DNA of 64,000 bases from Octopus sinensis (Eukaryota): contig NC_042999.1 in NCBI RefSeq assembly GCF_006345805.1, positions 62,434,001-62,498,000 of the forward strand, in the 5' to 3' direction. A program made the position numbers and the translations under genes. Below, one piece after another: positions 11,949 through 23,868 of the stretch (its first letter is position 1; each line of letters starts with the position of its first letter). Under the pieces are notes generated by a model. That model had not been told where the DNA came from, made no database searches, and saw nothing but the letters and a program-made list of their open reading frames with translations.

Positions 11949-12438
11949 GACGCTCACTCCAGGCCTGCAGCATTATAGTGTTCTTACAATACATTCACAT
12001 TAAGTAGATTATCATTTATGTTTGTAGAATTTCTGAGTTATAATTAATCCTAACTCTTGTAGGTAATCTTCATTACTTCATGTATTATAGTTCACTTTAA
12101 CAGTTGAAGTGATGAAGGAACAATTACTGCGATACTGTTTTGCTGTTAACCACATAGTCAGGGACTTAAATCTTAGAATAAAAGTTATTGCAAAGCATAT
12201 TATTGCTTGTTCCAATTTGCCTACTTGATATAAAATATATTTCACTCTCTACTTATAAAGTCAAAAGGAAAAGAAAAACATTAAATCCCTGAAAGCATAA
12301 AAAATGGATGTAAAAATAATAAGTGTATTTTGTGGATTATTATTTCCTTGGTTTATCAAAATCTTTTACAACAGAGTCAAAATAGCAGAGAATGAATTGT
12401 TATCAGTTAATTATTTTTTAAGAAAATATTAGACTAAG

Positions 12439-12500
12439 TGTTCAGCAACAGTACTTTGGAGTAAAGATTTTTACCAACTCCAAAGTACTGTTGCTGAATA
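12439..12500. repeat. Hairpin with perfect 22-bp stem and 14-nt loop
   Basis: ttcagcaacagtactttggagt (12441-12462) pairs with actccaaagtactgttgctgaa (12477-12498). Confidence 0.95.
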
Positions 12501-13663
12501 TCTCTCATCGTGAGATTTAAAAATAGTAATTTTCTAATTTATTAGAGTAAGTGTTGAGCAGTTCTTTTTCTTATTAGTTTCATTGCTAGCAACCTTTTGT
12601 GTGATATCTATAAAAAAATATGATAAACTTCTTTAGGGCTTTAATGGTTTAACAGAGTCTAGCATTATCTAAAATTATCTTTAATTCTCCTGTGTTTTCA
12701 AATTAATAGTCTAAACTTTTCATTTCACTCACAATAGTTGTTTTAGTGGAGCTATTTTTGTGTTACATATGTACAGCCATTCATTTACAGTTTACAATTT
12801 TTATTGATACATGACTATAAAGTATGAATAAGTACTTATTTGTTAGCTATAATATGACTATAATATAATAATATAAGTATAATGTTAACAATAATATAAC
12901 TATAATTATTGAGTGCCATTGTTGTTAGTTTTTTATGAACCATTAGAGAATTAAACCAACTCAATATTTGCACAAGTTCAACTTCAGTCTAACTTAAACA
13001 ATTTTCATATTCTTACTATAATTATTAAACTTCATAAAAGATAATAATATTCTAAGAGTTAAAAATAAATACTGAACATAATCATTTGTTCATGAAAATG
13101 CTATAAAATAAATGTATTTTAATCAGGTTTTTAAAATTTAATGGAATAGAATTTGATAGACTTATGTATTTAAATTTCTTCATTCTTTTCTATTATTAAT
13201 ATAAAAGTTTGTGTATAATCACTTTTGGATGCAAAACCTTCTTGAAGATTTGGTTTTGAATATCATCATCTTTGCTGGAGAAAATATTAAATTGTATCAA
13301 AACTGAAAACTATAAAAAGAAGGAATGCATCAAAATAAATGCAACTTACACTAACTTTAGAATACATATTAATAAGATCCACTGTAATAAATATACACGA
13401 TTTAATACACTCCATAGTTGAAATATTTAGCATGACATTCTGTTTTTACCCTATAACATAAGTCTTAAAAAATGGGCTCACATAGTTTAAAATGTTCTCA
13501 AAGTTCTTCAGCTGATGAATTATTTACCGAAACAAAGAGCCTTTGGTATTTTATTATCTAAGCTTCTAGTTAGATGCAGTAAGAAGTTCGACACTGGATT
13601 CATTCAAATGAAGTGTTAAAATCTCTCACAGTAGACTAGTGCTTTTCTGTTAATTTTTTTTTT

Positions 13664-13666
<3 letters not shown>

Positions 13667-13711
<45 letters not shown>
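13667..13711. repeat. (TA)n microsatellite
   Basis: Seen directly. Confidence 0.95.
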
Positions 13712-13721
<10 letters not shown>

Positions 13722-15453
13722 TCTTATGTTCTAGATGGAAAGCTGTTCACCATAGCTTGCCAGTATCTTTCACTTGTTGTTCAACTCTGCACGCTATTCT
13801 ATGGAGCTGTGTCATTATTATCACAATTTTTCACAGCACTCGTGCTTAATCTATAAATTGGTTCATCTGAAATTGAAAATCAAATATTTCCTTTATGTGT
13901 GTATTTATATATAGGTATGTATATGGGGAAAACATTAGTTCTAACTTTTTTTTTTTATGTATTTTGAGAATTGCATTACTTCTATAAATTTACTTCCTAA
14001 GTAAAATTTTCTGAGAATTTTAACTCCCTGCTATTTCTGAAAAATAGATCAATAAAGATTTAATCTTCTTGACAGAAAATATAATGTATTGTGCCCCTGA
14101 GCAATGCACAGACTCTGCTTGCTTCAGTTTGACTGGCTGTCAACTAGTTCCACTCTGAATATTATAGGATATCCAGCTATAAAAAATAATTGCAGCAACA
14201 AGAGGCACAGACCCAAATTTTTAGCTTCCATACAACTAACACAAGTATGGAAATATTAATATAAATGGTAAAAATAAAGAATGGAATATTTATGTTATTA
14301 ACAGTTTTGAAAAATATCAATATATATACGATAAGGTGGAGGTGATTAAGAAAGTTGGAAAATAGAAACATTGGATATTAGGCATTTTAAGTATGAATTT
14401 GTGACAAAAAAAGATCAAGAAGCCGACTAATGGGGCTTGAAGTCATGTATTTGTCTTTTGCTAGACATCCATGTTATAGCTGATTATATTAGAGGTTCCT
14501 ATCATTCCTTCTTTCTGGCAAGTTGATAGATATGTGGTTCAAGAACTATCAGAGGGTCTGTTGGGTACTGATGATATCTAACATCATTTACATCAACATT
14601 TTTGCTGTTAATGGAGTTGTTTCTTAATGCAAACATTAACCACAAGCAAGACCCTTTGCTGTATTGGACATTAGTAAAGTATCTTTTTTCTGTTAGTGAT
14701 AAATTGTTCTGTTAAAATATCAGAAAAAGAAAACATTGTAGTACCTAATTTAAGAAGAGTAAATAACAGGTGATCCATAATTTAATCTTTAATGTGGTCA
14801 CTTAACTAGCAATAGATACATGGCTCAGATCCTATCAGTCAATTCATACCTAATTCTTATTCAGAGAGAACGTAAAATAGCTTAATATATTATAAAAGAT
14901 TGAGTTTTCTTATTCACTGACATTGTGACCAACATCTTTTATCTTGTCTTGATTCCCAGACATTCACACTGTTGTCCACTATGGTATATCATTTAGTTTT
15001 TTAAAGACAAAACTCAGAGATGTGAGTGATACTCATGCTAGTTCTAAGGATAATTGATTATTAGACACATTATTATTATTGATTATTCGATACATTAAGT
15101 TACATGATTTTTATGAGTGGCCATAATTTACACTTCAATAAAAATGGCTTATTATGTGCCTATAGCTATACACTTTAATAAAAAATTATTTAGTGAGTGA
15201 CCATTCAAAAATGCTTTAATATTAGTTTGTATCTTAAATAATCAGCTGTATACATTTAGATTATGAACAACATTTAGAACAGAAACATCTCACAGTTTCT
15301 ATTTTGGTTGTGATATTTTAATACTTTGAATTTGAATGAACTTAAATGTATTTGTAAAAAAAATATTCACCATTATAAATATTACAATGTATACATATGT
15401 GAGTACATGGCAAAATCATGTTATTATATTACTTTGATATGAATATATCAAAA

Positions 15454-15778
15454 TGAAGGCACATGGCTCAGTGGTTAGAGCATTGGGCTCACAATCATGA
15501 GGTAGTGAGTTTGATTCAGGGTCTAGGCTGTGTGTTGTGTTCTTGAGCAAGATACTTTATTTCACACTGCTCCAGTCTACTCAGTTGTAGAAGTGAGTTG
15601 CAATGTCACTGGTGCCAATCTGTAATGGCCTTTGCCTTTCCCTTGGATAACACTAGTGATGTAGAGAGGGGAGGCTGGTTTGCACAAACAACATTGCCCA
15701 GACTTGTGCCTCAGCTTGTAACTTTGTAGGTGCAATCCTATGCACAATCATGACTGAAGCAAAGTCCTTACCCTTTAT
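15454..15778 (+). mobile_element. tRNA-derived SINE
   Basis: TGAAGGCACATGGCTCAGTGGTTAGAGC (A box), GAGTTTGATTC (decayed B box) and GTGTTCTTGAGCAAGATACTTT core. The head is shared with 6854-7148. Confidence 0.85.
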
Positions 15779-15809
15779 ATCTTTATATATATATATATAT
15801 ATATATATC

Positions 15810-16330
15810 CTCATCATCATCATCATCTATGCTGGCATGGGTTGCACAATTCCACAGAAACCAACAAGCCAGAAGACTGCACTGAGCGCAAATATTTGCT
15901 TTGGCATGGTTTCTAGAGCTGGATGCCCTTCCTAGTGTCAACCACTTTACAGGCAGTATTGAGTACTTTTTACATGAGGCCAACATGTACTCATGAGACA
16001 AAATTTCTCAATTGAGTGGGGTATAGTACTGAAGAAGGTGAAAGTATGATAGAGGAACAGGTGTATTGCTGAAGAGGGGAAAATATGGCTTCTCCAGCTG
16101 GAGAGAGAGAAGGTGATGGTGTGCTCTCAAAGTGTAAGGTGAATATAAAAGAGAGAGATTAGGGATAGAGGAACAGAATAAAGGTGGGTGGGTATGTAAC
16201 TGCACTGGAGTATGCAAAGTGTGTGATAGATGATTAGAGATGGGAATGAGGTGGACACAGTGAATATCAGTTAAGGGGAGAGGAAGTGAAGGGAATAGGA
16301 ATGGGCCAGGAGAAACATACAAAAGAGAGA
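15810..16330 (-). mobile_element. Older RTE 3' tail and 3' UTR remnant
   Basis: catcatcatc...gcatgggttg...ctggatgcccttcctagtgtcaaccact followed by a purine-rich UTR-like stretch. Confidence 0.65.
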
Positions 16331-16439
16331 TAAAATATATTAAAGATGTAAAGTCAACTCTTTCTTATGTATAAATTGATAAAGATCATACTAAGTGCAC
16401 CATCAATTGCAAACTTAGAATTTTTCATTTTAGATAAGA

Positions 16440-16612
16440 CACTGAGTCCACTCTACGGAGTGGTTGGTGTTAGGAAGTGCATCCAGCCATAAAATCTCTG
16501 CCAAAACAGACACAGTAGCCTAAGGTAGTTTTTCTATCTGGCTGGCTCCTATCAACCGCCTACTCATGCATGCATGGAAGATGGGCATTAAACAACGATA
16601 TGGTGGTGATGA
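16440..16612 (+). mobile_element. RTE 3' tail fragment
   Basis: gagtggttggtgttaggaagtgcatccagcc...gcatggaagatgggcattaaac. Confidence 0.75.
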
Positions 16613-16978
16613 TAATTGCTTACATGGTTTTAAAGTTGTCTTTTTCTAATATAGTATTCCATACACTTTAATCACTTTAATTAAATATATACTTTCATTA
16701 CATTTGTGAATATATTCTTTCATTTAATGTTTGGCTTTCATGCTAGCATAAGATAGATGGAAGGTTATTTGAGGCAAGATTCTTATGGCTTGATGCACTT
16801 TCTGTTGCCAGTTCTTAACTTCATTATCTCAAGCAAAGGATTTATTTTTTTCATTTTATTAGTTTTCAAAAGCACAGAGCAACCAGTCATGATGTCAGCA
16901 AGAATTGTGAACACCATCATCATCATTTTGCTCATATATATATACATTTAATGTTTACATTATTAATGCTGCTTATTA

Positions 16979-17150
16979 GTACACTGGGCAAAATGCTTAG
17001 TGGCATTTCATCCATCTTTACGTTCTGAGTTCAAATTCCACCAAGGTCAACTTTGCCTTTCATCCTTTCAGGGTCGATAAATTAAGTACAAGTTGAACAC
17101 TTGCGTTAATGTAATCAACTGGTCCTCTCCCTCAAAATTTCAGGAAGTAT
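16979..17150 (+). mobile_element. SINE (GTTCTGAGTTCAAATTCC / CTTTGCCTTTCATCCTTTC family)
   Basis: Family core present. Flanked by near-direct repeats tattaatgctgcttatta (16961-16978) and tattagtgttgcttatta (17151-17168). Confidence 0.8.
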
Positions 17151-17545
17151 TATTAGTGTTGCTTATTATTTGAAATTTAATTTTGTTTCATATGTGCTAT
17201 GCAACAGCACATCAGCAAATAGATTTCACCCTGTCTGCATATATGTCCCAGAGTGGCAATTCAGTTCATTTCAAGGTGTGTCGAGTACATAGTACCAAAG
17301 AGCTACAATGGTAGCAAAATATTGATAGCTATCATTCTTGCTCACCTGGTTTGGGATATTCAGTTTTCTTTAATACTCAGCATTGTGTAGGGAGCTTTCC
17401 TAGGATACTATCCTGGAGCAGATTGGCATATAAACAAAACACATAATCTATGCATGTGCAACCAGTAATGCATATATTATCAGAACAGCTTTTAATTTGA
17501 ATTTTAAGATATATGATAATTATAAGAACAAGTGAAAAAAAATGA

Positions 17546-17743
17546 TTTCAAATTTTGGCACAAGGCCAGCAAGATTGGAGGAGGAGCTGAATCAATTACA
17601 TTAACTCCAGTGCTCAATTGGTACTTATTTAATCGACCCTGAAAGGATGAAAGGCAAACTCAATCTCGGCAGAATTTGAATTCTGGACAAAATGCCATTA
17701 AGCATTTTTCTTGACATGCTAATGATTCTGTCAGCTTGCCACC

Positions 17744-17745
<2 letters not shown>
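17546..17745 (-). mobile_element. SINE of the same family as 16979-17150, inverted
   Basis: tacttatttaatcgaccctgaaaggatgaaaggcaaa is the near reverse complement of the + copy core. Head AAGGTGGCAAGCTGACAGAATCATTAGC on the minus strand. Confidence 0.85.
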
Positions 17746-17783
<38 letters not shown>

Positions 17784-18020
17784 TAATAATGATAATAATG
17801 ATAATGATAATAATAATGATAATAATAATAATAATAATAACAATAATAATGATAAAAATAATAATGATAATAATAATGATAAAAATAATAATAATAATGA
17901 TAATAATAACGATAAAAATAATAATGATAATAATGATAAGAATAATAATAATAATGATAATAATAATAATAATAATAATGATAAAAATAATAGTAATGAT
18001 AATAATAATAATGATAAAAA
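17745..18020. repeat. (AAT/GAT)n compound trinucleotide microsatellite
   Basis: Seen directly. It produces spurious poly-N, poly-I and poly-Y ORFs. Confidence 0.95.
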
Positions 18021-18074
18021 TGGTAGTTTCTTGAGTCTGAGAAAGACAATTGTGTTACATAGTCAACATCTGCC

Positions 18075-18335
18075 TGTGGATGCTCATGTGACTTCTTAGG
18101 CAAAGTCAGATGTGGTTGGGCAAAGAACACTACTTGTTGGGGTAGGAGTGGACACTTTTCTGTGTCTCTCATGGCTTTCCCTGAGGTGCTGCAGACACCA
18201 TTTTAACTGGAAGTTGTTTGCTGCCTTGGAGCTTAGGTTGTGCCACTTGGTCTGGTCAACTGCAGTATGCACAAGATCATGGGGCTGGAGTTTGGCCCAC
18301 TTTAAATTAGATGTAAGGTTGTCTTTATAGCTCAC
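18075..18335 (-). mobile_element. RTE (BovB-like) LINE C-terminal fragment
   Basis: YKDNLTSNLKWAKLQP...AVDQTKWHNL...RESHERHRK...CPT resembles the RTE C-terminus with a decayed zinc finger. Confidence 0.6.
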
Positions 18336-19539
18336 TGTAAAAGACATATCCAATGTGCTGCGTAGTAGAATTGAATCCCAAACTGCAAGGTTATAAAATG
18401 AACTTCTTTATCAGACAACCATTCCATGCGTGTGTTATATGTTAAGGCATTACTGAAGAATTACTTCTTAGGCAGTGTGCTTTGGGCAAGTTAATCAGAT
18501 GGACTCTATCATTCTTCAAGCTTCACTTACTGAAGAATTAAGCAATTTTAGTGTCTGGTGTACAAAGCTATCTTCAGCTAGTTTGACTAGAGGTTCAGAG
18601 TGTTTCATGGTCACATTCAGGCAATGACCGATGAATTACCAACTATTCAGCTTGTAATCTGATATATAAATATACTTAGCCAATTGGAAAATCATATGTA
18701 TGTGTCCTTCACATTTATATTTCTCTAAACTCTAAGTATTTACCATCAACATCTACTAAACTTCATGGAGAGACCATTTTATGAATTTTCTTCTCACTCT
18801 GCAACCTCATTCAGATTTTATCTTGCTTTAATTTTGTTTCTTAATTTCCTATTTTTTTCTCTTCTTTCTAGCTCTCTTTAGTGACATAGCCTCTATAGTT
18901 GGCAAATAGCTAAATAATAAATGCACTGAATTCAGTTCTGCACTCACCCATTATTGTATTAATTGCTTAGCCTTTCCTTGGTGCAAGTACAAGATTTAAA
19001 TAAAAAGAATGGATTGGCTTCCGTACAGATATCATCCATTATAAACAAATTCATGAATGTAATTCAACATGTACCACATTGCAAAAAAAAAAAAAATCAT
19101 TGGGCCAATAAAGAGCCTCTACATGGTTGCTTGACTGTTAGAAATGGCAGCCAAATCTCTCACAAATTACACCCTACCATCTTAGAAAAGGACATGACAG
19201 AGAATGTGGTTTTGTGTTCCTGTCACTTGGAAATAAAGAAAGGTTGGTCACTGCTGAAGTGATTCTTGTCACTGGTCAGCTCAATCAGGGCTTATCTGGG
19301 GCTAAACAACAACCAATATATTTGATGATGTCTGTAGACCGTACAAAATTATTTTACACACTGTTACTTTTATGGTTGGCATTGTTGGTCTGGTCTAAAA
19401 GGTTTTGTATTGCATGTAATATGTTGAGCACTCATGCATCACTTTCATCATTGAGTGTGTGTGTGTGTGTGATTTAGATCTGCTTAGCACAATATTTTGA
19501 GTACTGATAAAAGCTTGACAAGTTACTATAGATTGATTC

Positions 19540-19690
19540 TCCAAGCAAACTAATATTTTCCCCTAGTCCAGACATGTTTTCATTAGAGTTTGGAAACAAA
19601 CAGCTCTACTTAATATCAGTGATATTTATTTACTATTAGCATGTAATATCAAGGAAAGGAAACTGTAATATGCACAGACACACACACACA

Positions 19691-19725
<35 letters not shown>

Positions 19726-19942
19726 TAGATAGATAGATAGATATGCACATACACAACAGGATTCCAGTTTCTGTTTAGCAAATTCATTCACAAAATATTG
19801 GTCAGCCCAGAGCTAAAGCAGAAGACACTTGCACAGGGTGCTGCTCCATGGGACTGAACCCCAAGCCATGTAGTTGCAAGCTAACTTTTTAAACATGAAG
19901 TGAAGAAACTAATACCTTAACCACACAGCTATGTCTACACCT
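19540..19942 (-). mobile_element. tRNA-derived SINE (family of 9010-9422) with internal microsatellite
   Basis: gaagacacttgcacagggtgc...tgggactgaaccc...ccacacagctatg. Confidence 0.7.
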
Positions 19943-20433
19943 CACTCGCTATCTCTATCTCTCTCTTCTTCTCTCTGTATATAAAAAGGAACATTAGTCT
20001 GTAATATGGTTATGTACACTATATATTTTGCAGTATATTGTCTTTCCATGTCTAAATGACAAGAACATATTATATATGATGGTACATGACTATATTTCAG
20101 ACAATGCTGCTTAATATGCCTTTAATATAAGTATGAACATATATTTATAGTTCATTCATTTTTCTATCCGTTTTTCTATGCTAGCATGGAGTAGTTGAAT
20201 ATATATAGATAAGGCCTTATTTGGCAGTCTTTTCTTGTCACTAACACTTTTCCAGTTTGCAAGTAAGGGATCTATTATTCTACTCTTCTTCGGAAGTACA
20301 GAGAGTATCAGAAAAAGTTAGTTTTATTTTTGTATGTTTGTTTTAGTTTAGTTGTCTTTTTTGTTTTTTTGCTCAGAGCTTTACATGTGAAGTGGCAGGA
20401 TGTAAACATATACATGCTTGAGCACATACATTT

Positions 20434-20466
<33 letters not shown>

Positions 20467-20526
20467 TATATATAAAGCAGGCTTCCTTACAGTTTCTATG
20501 TACCAATTTCACTCAGAATTTGCTCA

Positions 20527-20696
20527 AAACAGAAAAAAGCACCCACTACACTCTCAGAGTAGTTGGCGTTAGGAAGGGCATCCAGCTGTAGAAACTCTGC
20601 CAGATCAAGATTGAAGCCATCTGGTTCCCCAGCCCTCAGTCATTCATCCAACCCATGCTAGCATGGAAAGTGGACATTAAACGATGATGATGATGA
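20527..20696 (+). mobile_element. RTE 3' tail fragment with (GAT)n
   Basis: gcacccactacactc...ttggcgttaggaagggcatccagctgtagaaac...catgctagcatggaaagtggacattaaacgatgatgatgatg. Confidence 0.85.
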
Positions 20697-21109
20697 CACA
20701 CGCATCCATACATATATATAAAGAGAGAGAGAAATAGATTGGTTGGCTACACCAAGCAACTAAGAACAAAATGAAATGCAAGGAAAAACAGTCACCAAAC
20801 ACAAAAAACAGTATGCCTGTTCCACTAGAAACGTTAAAAGAAATAGTTCAAAACTGTTTTCAGTCCCTTATAGCAATCTCAATGTGAAAACAGATATGCC
20901 AGTATCAAGTGCACCTCCCCCTCCCACTCACCTATTCTGCTCATCTTGCCTATAACAGCAATAATCGAAACCCTCGGCCTCTTTGGTCCTCAGGACTGTG
21001 GGGCCTCTGGCTTTTCTCTGCTATCTGTGATGACACTCCCACGACAGCAGTTCTGTTTCTTCATATCAAGAGAGCTAAGAGACCCCACAGTATTCATAGT
21101 TACTGATAA

Positions 21110-21875
21110 CACAGTTCTAGGTTTTACTAGACATGAACAATCCTCTGCTTTTTACATAACATTTGTACCTGAAGTCCTTTTACACCGCACACCTGATAGT
21201 AGACTCCACTACTTTGAACTCCTCATTGATGACAATCAGTGACCTGTTAGCACTAGTATTGATGATTAGCACTATGACCTGGCGTTGCCAGGTCATAGTG
21301 CTAGTGCATGCATATACAGCTGCGTGCATGCACACATACACACGAGTACTGTCCAAATCTCCGACCAATCACATACAGCTAGCTGGAATTCAATTGGTGT
21401 AACAAGTTTTGGGCATTTTGATTGGGTTTTAGATAGAAAATTCACAAAAAAGTCACTTCTATTGATTTTTAATGGCTTTGTGGGGTGACTGGGGAAATGT
21501 AAAGATGTGCACGACCACCCTTGGACGGTTTTGAATGACCATAGAAAGTGCGAGCCATCTAACTGAAAAATTGTGGATTTGTATAAAGGATACACACACA
21601 CACAGACAGACATTTTGCCGTTTATATATAGAGAGATGTCCTGCACCTGTTGCATGAACAATAGCCATCATGATGTTTGACTGCTGAGAATGATTCTTTC
21701 TCTCAGCTACAGATGTCCTCCAGCCTTTTACCAACTTTGAATACAAAGTATTTAGTTGTATTCAAGAAGCTTGCAATCTCCAAGTCACCAAGGTTGGTGG
21801 CTTGGGTCACAAGTACAGCATACCATTTCATTTTCTGTTGTCAGAATGAAATCTGTTGCAATGATGTTCTTCATA
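21110..21875 (-). pseudogene. Decayed IS630-Tc1-mariner (maT-like) transposase N-terminal/HTH region, interrupted by a Helitron-like insertion
   Basis: Minus strand EMKWYAVLV...DLEIASFLNTTKYFVFKV...AERKNHSQQS...FMQQVQD, then the insertion, then IINTSANRSLIVINEEFKVVESTIRCAV*KDFRYKCYVKSRGLFMSSKT. Confidence 0.75.
21266..21636 (-). mobile_element. Non-autonomous Helitron-like element (~370 bp)
   Basis: 5' TC(TCTATATATAAA), a subterminal TCTG/TG microsatellite, a 3' 17-bp hairpin (21267-21303) ending CTAA (CTRR), inserted between host A and T with no TSD. Confidence 0.8.
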
Positions 21876-23756
21876 CAGCTTAAAAGAAGAAATAGGGAAG
21901 TTAAAACTGGGCGCATGTTGCGTAATATTGTTATGTTGGTTTTTATTTATCCTGCTAAAGTTTGCTTGGAAATACCCTCTGTCTGTTTGTGTGTGTGTGT
22001 ATTAAGGTTTGGTTTTAAGTCAAGTTATAGATAAAAGCAATTGAACATTAAATGAAAGATTACTCAATACTTTTTAGTAGAGTTCATATTTATTAACTTT
22101 TAACTTTGAAAAGGTTGACAGTGACATGTATGTTCTGGCTTTCTTGGTGAGCAAGCTTAAACTTCAAAGTCACTGCCAACCTATTCTGTATAAAAGTTTA
22201 TATATCAAGGTGTTAGAAGTACAGTGGATCTTTGTAGTAGATCTCTTAAGAATAATTATTACATCTCTTCAGTTAGTTTCTTTTTAATGTAACTAAATAT
22301 TTATCTCCGGTGAAAATTAAACTTTAATAATAATATAATGTCAGGCTGCCATAAAATATTTGCATGAAATTCAATCACAAATAGTAAAATTCTGTTTTGG
22401 ACAATTTTATTGTTTCATTAACAAATTCTTTGAATAATATGATTCACCATTCTATTTCTCTGGAATGCTTTCTGGTTCCCCCGTCTTGTATGTGAAGCAC
22501 ATATTGTGATATAACTTCTATGCACGTTGATGAACCTCTTTTTTAAATTTTCAGCCTAAATAGTAAGTAATTAGTATTGTATCGAAAAAAATGTTTCACA
22601 TTAATTCAAAAACTTTATTTCTTTATATTTTGTTAAATTTTAATTTCATAGTTAGAAGTATTATTCTGTACATATTTGAATCTAGTCACTGTTACATCAT
22701 TTACAATATTTTCTGAATAATAAAATCTTGTTACTGAAGAATTATTTGTTCTAATTTAAAGTAATTTTCTATAATTAATTACCGAGCTTAATTCAAAATA
22801 TACATTGATATCAACCACTTAAATATTTTCTTCGACATCTTCATCCCTTTTATTCCTTATTAACATTCATCTCTTAATGTTTAAATGATTTGAAGAAGTG
22901 TACAAACACAGTATTAGCCTGCCAGAGCTCATGGAATTATATTTGTCAAATACTTATATTTAATTTTCATTGCATAAACCTTATAATGTAAACATCCTTT
23001 ACATCCAAGCAAATTTAAATACTTTTCAGTATTTGCTACTATTATTTCTCTTGAAATTTTGAAGAAAAATGATGTATTCTCAGTATTTGTCTAAGATTTA
23101 TATTAATTACTGCTTTACTCAACTCAAGGCTTTGTTTTAGATGCAATTCTAAATTTTCCATAAATAAAATTTATATAATATCTTTATAAAGTGCATTGAA
23201 ATCATAAATCTAGAAATTTATCCTAAATATTTCATTTTAACAAGAAAAAAAGTGTGATAGGGATTCAAATATCTGAAAGTTTTATAAATGTATTTTATTT
23301 GAATTGTTTTCAAGTAATTTTGTTGACTAAGTTATAATTGTGTATAATTTAGAATTACTGAATAAACCAATATCTATAAATGAACGAGAAGTTATACTTT
23401 TGTACTCTGTTATTCAAATAACATACTAAGAACTTCAGTTGCTCATTCAGTTGTTGAAATTCATGTAACTGATTTATATAATGATATCATGTTAAATTAT
23501 GATGGTTTTTAAAATCTAAGACCATATTCTAATCTTGATTTATTTATCCCTAAAAGAAATGCCTTATTGGGCTTTTTAAGAGAGGTATATTTTCATAATG
23601 TATGTACCAAACAATTGATAATTGTTCTGTAATATAAGTTTTCTAATAGTTAGATCTTTTAGGCCGTTTTTATACCCATCAAATTGTTTTTCAATTATAT
23701 TTCTCACTGAACTTGTCTTCATATTTTTCATTTCATGTTTGTTGTTGTCTTTTTAG

Positions 23757-23868
23757 CATCCTGTAACATGGCAGCGATCTGCTAATGGACGCTATTACAT
23801 TGGTCACATGATCTTGAAGAAAACAGTTCTTGAAGGAACTGGTTCCAGAGATTCTAGTGCAATTTTAG
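23757..23868 (+). CDS. RIMS: RIM/unc-10 (RIMS) exon encoding the start of the PDZ domain, 112 nt, phase 0 to 1; HPVTWQRSANGRYYIGHMILKKTVLEGTGSRDSSAIL(G)
   Basis: Acceptor gttgtctttttag| and donor G|gtaaga. Translation matches the RIM1/2 signature HPVTWQPSK.GDRLIGR.LL.K...DSGA.LG. Too short to appear in the ORF track. Confidence 0.93.

Noticed and set aside
13511-13548. Hammerhead-like CTGATGA...GAAAC...GTA
   Set aside because: Stem II cannot pair and there is no stem I complementarity. At most a decayed remnant.
17625-18172. Poly-Asn, poly-Ile and poly-Tyr ORFs
   Set aside because: An (AAT)n tract between a SINE and an RTE fragment, with no exon context.
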